A DNA stretch of 64,000 nucleotides, taken from the NCBI GenBank assembly GCA_973895155.1, contig OZ316893.1, positions 25,409,520 through 25,473,519 on the forward strand. Direction: 5' to 3'. The stretch is from Marsupella aquatica (taxonomy: Eukaryota > Plantae > Marchantiophyta). The notes beneath the pieces were generated by a model. It was not told the origin of the DNA. It searched no databases and saw only the letters and a list, made by a program, of their open reading frames with translations. The stretch's first letter is position 1. Every line of letters begins with the position of its first letter. This document shows, piece by piece, positions 52,251 through 61,600 of this stretch. The position numbers and the translations under genes are program-made.

Positions 52251-54037
52251 ATGCAACAAGTTTCTGAGAGGCAACACCAATTGAGAATGGTCAAGCATAA
52301 GCTTGAAGTCAACATTGCTTTACAGAGCTCCACATCTGAATCTGATGTTGACTCCATCCAAGGAACTGTCAGTGAACTAGAGAGTATTTCGTCTAGTTAT
52401 GTGTCCACAGATAGTGACGATGCAGCCACTGGTGGTTTAGACTCCTCATCTGATTCATAAAGGGAGGACACACTTGAAGACTGTGACGTGAACCCAACAG
52501 ACCTGTTTGAGTTGTATTTTGTCATGTACAATTCTAGGTATTTGGTGCCCACACATGTTACACCAAAATCCAATGAGTTTGCCACTCAAGTTTTCCATAG
52601 TTTACCAGACAGGTTGTTTAGGCAGCTTACTAGGATGACAAAAACTTCCTTTTTCAATCTTGTGGATCTTGTAACCCCACACCCAGTTTTCCACAATAAT
52701 TCATATGTTGACCAAGCACCAGTTGTTCGGCAATTGGCTGTTTGCCTAGATTGGCTTGGGCATGATGGAAATGGAGCATGCTTGAACCACATGATACCTA
52801 CCTAGCTTGGGGGTCAGCAATGGCAGTCTAAGTAATTTCTCCAATAGGTGTTTTCAAGCTCTGGAAAGTGTGTTATCTGATTATATACAATGGCCTATAA
52901 GAAGAGAGCGAGCTGCTTTGAGCAGAGAGTTTGCTAACTCAGGGGGTTAACTTAGTGTATATTTTGGGGTACCACGTGCGATCCTAGCCTAATATAAACA
53001 CACTTATTTTATAACATGAATATTCCAAAAATATTCTCAACTTCCAATATTAATGACCTATTTTACTTTATAAAAGGTATATATTAGAGAATATTTTACA
53101 AATATGGGTTTATAATACCTTCTTTTGCTTCATACACTTTTTAAAAATTTAGCTAATTTCTATCAAAAATACCTATTTTGGATCGCACGTGGTTCGTAAA
53201 TTTTTTTATAGTCAACCTCCCGAGTTTGCTAAGCATGGATTCCCTAGCTGTGTGGGTTTTATTGATGGTTCTCTGTTGCCATTGGCTCAACATCTATATG
53301 CACACGGGGAATGCTACTATGACCGGAAGAGCCAGTATTTGGTTAATGTTCAAGTGGTCTGTGATTACAAGAGGCAAATTCTGTTTATGTATTCAGGTGA
53401 CTCTCTTCAGGCATTTGTATACAAGTTTTATGCTTTGTGGAGACACATGTTGTGTGCTTATGTCACATTGTTAAATCCAAGCAATATCTCTATGCAGGGA
53501 TGCCTGGGTCATGCTCAGACTTGACGTGCTTAAGGAAATCACCTTTGTGGACCATTTGCATAGATGTTCAGAGTAACAACATCTTTGACGAAGGACAATA
53601 CATTTTGGGGGACAGTGGGTACTAGGCTTGACCTCATCTAGTATGCTCTTTTAAGAGGGCAGACATGGTACCTGATAAAGAGGATTTGAACACCTGTGTG
53701 GCAAAGTGGCGTGTAACAAATGAGCATTGCATTGGTGTACTGAAATCACGGTGGCATTCTTTGAAAGAGATTAGAACCCAATTGAATACGAAACAAAATA
53801 GTGCATGGTTGGTTACATGGGTTACTTTATGTGGGAAGTTACATAATTATGTAAAATTTTGCTCAAAATGATCTTTGGACAGAGAAGGATGAGGCATTGG
53901 ACGCACCAGATGTTGTGGGGAACGAGGATGTTTGGGGCCAACGAGGTTCTGGAACTGCCTCTAGAAGGGCGACTGTGGTTTTAGGTAATGCCTTGCTAGT
54001 GAAAGTGATGGACCATGCCTTGGCTTTCAACCGTTGA
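52251..54037 (+). pseudogene. Harbinger/HARBI1-type DDE transposase (DDE_Tnp_4-like), inactivated
   Basis: FRQLTRMTKTSFFNLVDLVTPHPVF, QLAVCLDWLGHDGNGA, YIQWP, GFPSCVGFIDGS, YYDRKSQY, GMPGSCSD, YILGDSGY, RVTNEHCIGVLKSRW, LHNY. GT-AG intron at 53397-53497. Several stops, frameshifts near 52805 and 53860, and a MITE insertion at 52938-53224. Confidence 0.92.
52938..53224 (+). mobile_element. 287-bp MITE, copy 1, inserted in the transposase
   Basis: TTTGCTAA|CTCAGGGGGTTAACT ... AGTCAACCTCCCGAG|TTTGCTAA: 8-bp TSD and 15-bp imperfect TIR. Inner inverted repeat ACCACGTGCGATCC / GGATCGCACGTGGT. Removing it restores SREFAKHGFPSCVGFIDG. Confidence 0.92.
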
Positions 54038-54293
54038 CCTGGACGATTCTTGTACTCCCTTGGCCATTGAGAAGACTGTACTTGCAATCAACAACACACT
54101 TCATTGATTGTTGCTTGATGATGACTGTTGTTTGACTGTTATTTTGCACTCTACAGTGCAAAGGAGTGAATGTGCTCACATTTTGGTTCCACTTGTGTGG
54201 TCACATTCTACTTCAATCCTACCTAAAAACTTACAAATGCTTTGAATGTGGCTGCTACACTCACTATTGTCATTAGTAGACTGCAATTTCATC

Positions 54294-54690
54294 ATGGAGC
54301 GCCCTCGCGACCCATTGTGGCTTGTTGATTCCAATGACTTTGTCACTTACAAATTGTTTTGGGGGCTATGGAATTACCCAAGCAGGCCTGAAAGAGTGAA
54401 GGTCCCATTTGAGAAGTACTTTGGCAAGGTGTCACACTTCCAAAAGATGTGGCCCTCTGTGCAAGTCTTGCCGATTTTGTGGGATGACTTTTTCCAATTT
54501 GCAGAGGAAGTGTTGGTTGAAGGCGATTAAGAAGGTGATGGCGAATGCGGCATATCCTGACACCCTAACTTTGTTGATTTCTACAATTTCTGATGAGGCA
54601 GGGGTGGAGTTGTCAATTGCCACTGTGCACAATCAATTGGCGAGACATCGTGCAAAGACAAGGATGCATCTGAATAGGTGTAGGGTTTAG
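54294..54690 (+). pseudogene. Degenerate accessory ORF B inside the transposon, about 130 aa, one frameshift, HTH-like C-terminus
   Basis: MERPRDPLWLVDSNDFVTYKLFWGLWNYPSRPERVKVPFEKYFGKVSHFQKMWPSVQVLPILWDDFFQFAEEVL / LKAIKKVMANAAYPDTLTLLISTISDEAGVELSIATVHNQLARHRAKTRMHLNRCRV*. Confidence 0.5.
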
Positions 54691-54937
54691 GACACCTAGT
54701 ACAACTCTTGCAACGTTGGTCAACCAAGACTCTATGTGCTTTGTTCCAAGTTCAGTAGACGTGCATCGGTACTTATGTAGGTTATTTGCCTAGCAGAAAT
54801 AGTAATTGCCTAGTGAAATTGTATTTTTACCTAGAACTCTCCTCCATGAATATGGAGAGGAGGTGGGCATTTCCATTTTGAAAACACTTGGGCAGTTCAA
54901 GTGCAGAAATTTGTAACAGATTCTAAGAGGCAATACC

Positions 54938-55224
54938 CTTGGGGGGTTGACTATAAAAAATCTTAAGAACCACGTGCGATCCAAAATATGTATTTTTGAT
55001 AGAAATTAACTAAGTTTTTAAAAAGCATAGGAGGCAAAAGAAGGTATGATAAACTCATGTTTGTAGAATATTCTCTAATATATACCTTTTATAAAGTAAA
55101 ATAGGTTATTAATATTAAAAATGGAGAATATTCTTGGGATATTTTCTTTATATAATAGGTCTATTTATATTAGGCTAGGATCGCATGTGATACCCTAAAA
55201 TATACACTTAGTGTACCCCTTGAG
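54938..55224 (-). mobile_element. 287-bp MITE, copy 2, inverted relative to copy 1
   Basis: GCAATACC|CTTGGGGGGTTGACT ... AGTGTACCCCTTGAG|GCAATACC: 8-bp TSD. Same length as copy 1 and colinear with it on the reverse complement. Confidence 0.92.
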
Positions 55225-55564
55225 GCAATACCGCATTACACTTTGCTACGAGGCATTGAACACCTGAGCATGAAGGTTCTCAGTATTTTTTGCATGAATG
55301 ACTCGCGAGTCTGTGCTATGCAATCTTTACAAAACCCAAAGTTGTGCCTACTATGAGAGCAAATTCCGTTCATTGAGCTTCAAAAAACAAACAATGCCGA
55401 ACGCAACATCTTATGATAATACTTTGATTTATATTTCGTAATGTCATTTACAGTCGGGCATTTGTAATGTGCTTCCGCTATTGCAAAAGCTACTTCTTCT
55501 GCAAAGTTGGGCACAACTTTACCTAAAAGCCCTATCTATCTAATGCTGGTATCCAACCTAGCAC

Positions 55565-57043
55565 CTACACATCAACAACCTCAACCTCTTGATCTCTATG
55601 TGGCGGTGTCCTTGATGTTGGGTGTGAGGTGCCATTTTCAGAATGATGTTGTGAAGCAGAAAAGGGGAGGTTCATGCCTGGAATCATTTGCATAAGCACA
55701 AGCATTTGCTCCGGTGTCTTGTTAGAACGGATAAGCTCGATTAACAGTGCAGTGGACTGCTCAGCTCTCAGGAACGTCAATTCATGCTCTAGGTCATGTT
55801 TGGCCCTCTTTTCCTCATGCTTCCTATGTATCCTATCCATCTCCCTTGTGTCCTTGGAAGATGCTGCCCGTGCTTCCCTTTTGTCGGCAAGTTCCTGCGA
55901 TTTCCATTTGTCGCAAGTTTCAATCATTTGCTGTTGGAAGACGTTTTTCTCAGCTAACTTCTCCATGTATACCTCAACAAGATTGGGCCTGGACGTAGCC
56001 TATGAAGGATTGGGCCTTCTAGAGTTCTTCCTCCCCACATTTGATCTGTCCATGGTGGGATTGGAAGGTGGAGGTGCAGGTGCCCTAGAACCCTGACCAT
56101 CATCGGTGTTGCAGAATGTGTGTTGTTCAGAAGCAACCGGGTCAGGCTCAGTCAGAGAGGGTATAAACTCATCATGTTCTTAAGGTGTCGCGTTTGGCAT
56201 CCCGGCTGCAGGTGGCTGCTCATTGGGTATGGGTTCAAATTCAAAGTGCGAGTCCCCACCCTCTTTGCAGAAATCTGTACAGGACACAATTGAGCCAATT
56301 GAAGAGTGTCAATGATTAGTGTCCCTTGTATAAACACAACATGCATGACATTTTGAATGAATTGACAACACGAAGAGCCTTATACCTGTTGGTAGCTCGC
56401 CTTGGTATGTCACTCAGTCAAAGTCATTTGCTTCTTCGTCATCCAATCCTAGATCCATGTACAGCTCGGTGTGCCCAGGCAATCCAACAGACATTGTAGC
56501 AGGCGCGTTAACATTTGCCCTCTCTCCATAGAGGGCATGCATCCTCTCAAAATGTGGGCAGATCTTGTCTAGCTTGTCCTCTAGTGTGATACCCGCCCGA
56601 AGCTCTGCCATGGATAGACCAGCTCCAAAATCGTTCTTTATAGCCAGAGCCTCCTTGTATCTCTTCACATAATGTGCAAACCTTTTCCAAAGGTTATCTC
56701 CTGTGCTTACAAATTTTGGGAACCCTTTGGAGTGTAGAACAACCTGCATCATTCAAAAAACGGTTCTCTTCGATGGATGTCGTGTTCCCACAGGAAGCTT
56801 CCGACTTGAGCCATTGAGCATAGCAAAATTGTCAGGATCTTCAAGCCAGTTGACAATCTTGCCCATGTGTTGAGCAGTTAGCTTCCGATTGCTATCACCT
56901 CCACTGGCTCGTTGATAAGTCGCGCCCACCATGTCTGCTCCAATTGGTGTGACCTGCAAATCTGGGATGAAGACTATAGCCTCCGACGGGAAAGAACCAC
57001 TTACTTCTGATGAATGAACATCTGTGACGATTGAAGCAGCCAT
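55565..57043 (-). pseudogene. Harbinger ORF1 (Myb/SANT/trihelix-like DNA-binding partner), inactivated; exons 57043-56386 and 56274-55565
   Basis: One reading frame across a GT-AG intron (56385-56275): IVNWLEDPDNFAMLNG, LWKRFAHYVKRYKEA, GAGLS...GITLEDKLDKICPHFERMHALYGERANV, an acidic/Pro-rich linker and a C-terminal coiled coil. Four in-frame stops. Convergent with the nuclease inside the same TIRs. Confidence 0.8.
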
Positions 57044-57381
57044 ACTACGCTCTTTCTACTCGACTTTGCCACAAAAAAAGAGGAAATCTTGACAGATTGC
57101 TGAGAGGGGGAAGCTTAAATTTTGAAATACTGGTAGTGAAGGAAGCAGACAAGTTTGTGAACACGAAGATGGCACAGGTTTGAAACGCGACTTCAGCGGG
57201 CTTTACCGTCTTAACCATGACTTAACCCACGGCCGTATTCCGCTACGACCCCTCTCAAAGTTCCCACCCCCACTTTTCTGCTGGCCCGGAAAGCTGGTCC
57301 CGACCGAGGTTTTGGGCACAATTTTTGTCGGTCGTGTGCCCGGAACGAAGTCCGGACCGGCAAAGTTTGAGACGCCCTAAT

Positions 57382-58330
57382 AGAATCACTCACCTATTCA
57401 AGGACTTTGAGGCAAGGCACAATCACGGTCATCAACAATGGGATGGGACCGGATCTCCAGACCAGACCCTGAAGCACAGATGTTGTGTACTTCCAGATAA
57501 CTCACAATCATCATCCTCATTGGCAAGGATGGGATGGGATAGATCCTGAGATCGTGGGCAGAATTGAGTCACAAGCATATTCAAGTACTTCCAGGTAAGG
57601 CAGAGTCACTAGTGTCAGTACCATGGCCATTAGGAAGGATGGGATGGGTCCCACACCTCAACCAGACCCTCAGTCTTTGGGAGAATTGAGTCACTCGCAC
57701 ATTAGAGCATCTCAAAGCTTCTACATTAGAGATGCTGGCTTCAGCCATAAAAAAGAATGGTCATAATTTTTTCACATGGTTATGTAAGGGTTTCTTTTAA
57801 TTTAACTGTCCTCTGCAGTGAGCAATGGTGGCATAAAACCAATTTTCATGGCAAAAACATTATTTATTTTCTGACTATGAATTTGATAGTCCTTAATTTT
57901 CTGACCAATTTTGATGGCAAAACACTTATGGACTATGAGTTTGGTAGTCCTTAATTTTCTGACTCATTTTCATGGCATTATGGAATTTTCTGTGTCCACA
58001 ATCAGTTAAGACGGAGTTAAGGTCCATCAAAGTTAAGACGGAGTTATAGTCAATCAAATTCTGAGCTTGCGCTTTGAGGCGCACTATTCAAGTACTTCTA
58101 AGTAAACACCGTCACCGTCGTCATTAGCAAGGATGGAGGGGACCGGATCCCCACATCAGACCCTCAGGCACAGTCACCGTCGAGTACTTCCAGGCAACGT
58201 ACAGTCACCGTCGGTGTTGGCAAGGACGGGATGGGACCGGACCGCCGGACCGCCGGAACAGACCCTCAGATCGTGGGGAGAATCGAGTCACGCGCGTAAC
58301 GGCGTACAGTCACGGGACTCGACTGGTCCA
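57382..58330. repeat. Proximal part of the ARA1-upstream tandem repeat family (about 80-100-bp subunits)
   Basis: GGA(T/C)GGGATGGGACCGG...CAGACCCT(C/G)AG recurs near 57438, 57526, 57636, 58131 and 58224. Interrupted by the MITE at 57704-58085. Confidence 0.8.
57704..58085. mobile_element. 382-bp non-autonomous Harbinger-type MITE with ATT TSD
   Basis: ATT|AGAGCATCTCAAAGC ... GCTTTGAGGCGCACT|ATT. The empty site CGCACATTCAAGTACTTC matches the uninterrupted repeat copy CTCACATTCAAGTACTTC at about 50349. Confidence 0.8.
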
Positions 58331-58640
58331 CTGCGTGACGACGGCGCACCGTCAGCGTGTAAGGTACGAATCCGAGACAATTATTGCTGTTCACCGCAAT
58401 TCTCCCATCGCCGTGTTTTCAATTCAGCAAATTTCAAATGGTGCTCGACAACTCTCTGTTTCAGGAGCAGAGAGACATTTGTGGAATTTCTGCTCTCCCC
58501 TCCATTGTTGCGCATTCGAAGAAACACTGTGGAAAAGAAAACAGAGAGGAAGAAACAGGCGGGGAAAGGAAGGAGCAGAGGCGAGGAAGCGTTTCGTAAC
58601 GAGAAAAGACTGGAAGAAGGAAAAACGAGAAGAAGAAGTG

Positions 58641-61600
58641 ATGGCGAAATTGCAGATCGAGAGTGAGAAGGACGAGCACAGGTCATTCGTGTTCGTGTAT
58701 TATGTGACCGGCCACGGGTTCGGGCACGCAACTCGGGTTGTAGAGGTCATTCTCTGTCTCTTTTTGCCTTTCGCTTTGGCCACCATCGGGTTGAAATTCT
58801 CTTGTTCGTCCATTTATTTGCTCTGTGATTCGTTCATTGTTTGATTTCTGAATGTTCAGATGGCTCGCCGCTTTTCATTGATCTCAGTCGAAATTGCTTT
58901 TCTCTATGTTTCACTTTCATGTTTGTTTGTTGCTGTCTCCGAGGTGTTAAAGATTGGGACAAAACATCAGCAATTCTTTCCTCTCTCTCAACCAGACTTT
59001 CAATTCATATGCGAGCTGGTCCAATTCAAGTCAATGCTGAGCTTTCTCATTCTTTCTCCCTCTCGGACTCCATTCACCTACATTGTTTCTGTCATCTGCC
59101 TTGGGAACTATGAAATATTTGGAACAGCTGTAAAGAATAGCACTTTAAATTCTTAATTGTAATTATATTACATCCAAAGAAGATATCTATCCATCCATTG
59201 ATCGAGCCACTTGGTATTGTCGTTAGAGCGTTCTATAAGAATATAATGCCGATCGCACATTGGGAGAAATCCTGATGTATCAAGAATTTGCGGGATCGGA
59301 GTCCACCCTTGAGTGGACGTTTTGTACGCCAACGAATACTCGAAAATTGCGGATCCATCTTCTCCAAAGTATTCCACACGTGAGGACTGTGGAAAAGCTG
59401 GAAACTCTCCTCGTAGCTCATTACAAAACTCTACAACAAATCCCCGACGGACATATGTGTCCTGTGTGGTGCATCCGCCATGCAAGAAAGTAGGCAAGAT
59501 TAAGTACTACTCATCTTGATTCGGACGTCAAGAACTTTCGCGTGCCCGATATCCTTCCTTTTATACCGTCCAATCGCAGCAAAGATGAATCATGACCGGG
59601 GGGTTCTGCACATAAACAACCCGAATAGAATGATACAATTTCGAGTGCCTCAGGTGTCTTTCTCGTCGTTATCTGAGATGTATTTTCTTCGCAGGTAGCA
59701 CGGCACCTGATCAAGTCAGGTCATGAGGTTCATGTGGTAACTGGTGCCCCTGAATTCATTTTCCGAAGAGAAATCCCCTCACCAAAACTTCATGTTCGGA
59801 AGGTATCATTAATCGTTGAACTCTCGACGTTTCACGAAAGTATTAAATCTTCCTTCTCGAATTGGTTATGCTGCTGAATTCATTCCATCAGTTAGCTACT
59901 GAGGTGAGGCATTCCAGCGTTGAAGTGAAATTATCTTGTTTGATTGCAGGTTTTATTGGACTGTGGAGCTGTACAAACAGATGCTCTTACCGTTGACCGC
60001 CTTGGATCAATGGAGCTGGTATTACGCTCGACGCTAGCACCACTCATCATTTCGGATTGTCCTATGTGTACCTGTGTTTGCTTGTGACAAGGAAAACATA
60101 AGCAAATTTACATGAAAGGATTGCACTTATTGAAGCTCTCGCCTTTGAGATAATCCATTGCTGCCGTAGCTTCCCATTGCAAAACTCCTATTCGGCATAC
60201 AGTCCCCAGATTACAGATCGGGATCGAATATCCAGACAAATTCCTCATGTACTTGAGAGTGAAAATGCAAAATCGATCACGATCTTTAATTCTGAATCTT
60301 GATTCAACTTTAAATCCTCTCAGGGACTGCACTTAAATGTGCAGTTTGTCTTACTGTAAGGATTCTCAATTAGATCTATTTTATTTTCTTCGGAGTACAT
60401 AATCAGACTAGAGAAGCACGTTAGGATTGACCGGTAGGCAGTCTTTTACAATATAAGGTAGTCGGTTTTGGGTCCTGCGAGTCGGTGACCTGTTCCAACA
60501 GCCCAATAGGAGATAGCGCTGCTTCAATAGTGAAGGATTTGATGCCTCTTTCTATTGCATAACAGTTCTTATGTTATTATCAGTTGGTTCCTTGAAACCG
60601 AAATCTCTGGTTGGATGCCTGTGGTAACTTGGGAGCTGAATTCTCCAAATTCTCTCCAGCTGATGCTCCTTGTGTATATCAACTTCTCCTATTCTTTGGA
60701 TTGAACTCTTTCAACCTGTCTGCAGTATGCTAAAACAGCAGTTCTTCCTCGAGCATCACTGTTGGATACAGAAGTCGAATGGCTTAAGTCAATCAATGCT
60801 AACCTGGTGGTAAGCTTTTCATATTCTTGTATCTACCTGTGTTAAAGATTGGGAGGAAAAACAGAAGAGGGAAAATGTGGTGGCAGTGGTAGGCGGAGGG
60901 GGCGGGGGGAGGGCCGGTAGGGAGACCGTGTTGATTGAGAGCTTTGCTGTTACCATATTATAGACAAGAGAAGTTAGGAAGCAGATGTATTCACTTGATT
61001 GCGCCACACTTTCACAACTCGTGTATCTGGAAGCAGGTTTCAGATATTGTGCCAATTGCATGCACAGCTGCGGCTCAAGCTGGAATCCCTTCTGTCTGTG
61101 TTAGCAACTTCAGGTTTGTTTCATATGGCTAGAGCGAAAGAGGAAGCACAACCTGTAGCCCTGCTCTCTGGATGCACAAGTGTATATCAGGTTCAGGTGG
61201 AACTTTGTAGAACTGGTTCATTTGGTATTTATGCCCATCCACAGGGAAGATATTGGTATAAAGTTGATAGGCCGATGAAGCTAAAACGCAACCACAAACT
61301 ATTGTTCTAAGTAAATTAGTGGTTTATGTGGTTAGTTTTATAACTGGCAGTTGAATGTGATGGCAGTTGGGACTTCATCTATTCAGAATACATGGTGGTT
61401 GCCGGAATTCAATACCGCTCTATTGTTTGGCAGGTACAATCACGGGTTAATAAAATTATGTACAACCAAGAAAGAAATTAGGCTATGGTAATTACAGAAC
61501 CAGCTGCATGTCTTAGTTGCGCCACAATGGCTGATTTTTTGCTGTAGGTCTAACTCTCTAAGTATGACAAATCATACTGTGAGGGAAATCGTGCCTGTCT

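Larger units (their letters stand above)
50722..57378. mobile_element. Full-length decayed PIF/Harbinger-superfamily (PHIS) DNA transposon, 6657 bp
   Basis: AAT|AGGGCATCTCAAACTTT ... AAAGTTTGAGACGCCCT|AAT: 17-bp TIR with 1 mismatch and a 3-bp TSD. Further subterminal inverted similarity (CCGGTCCGGA / TCCGGACCGG; GACCAAAAATGTGC / GCACAATTTTTGTC). Encodes a DDE nuclease and a Myb-like ORF, and splits one unit of a flanking tandem repeat. Confidence 0.9.

Noticed and set aside
52927-53232. 11-bp TSD (GAGTTTGCTAA) reading of the MITE
   Set aside because: It gives inconsistent termini between the two oppositely oriented copies; the 8-bp reading gives symmetric TIRs in both.
55674-56096. 140-aa plus-strand ORF
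   Set aside because: It is an antisense shadow of the Harbinger ORF1 coiled-coil region.
50719-57381. Canonical TWA TSD for the large transposon
   Set aside because: It would give mismatched ATA/TAA flanks; AAT/AAT is perfect and the sister MITE's empty site supports AWT.
58133-58731. 177-aa and 116-aa ORFs at the ARA1 5' end
   Set aside because: They are read-through of the GC-rich repeat and GA-rich 5'UTR; the conserved protein starts at 58641.
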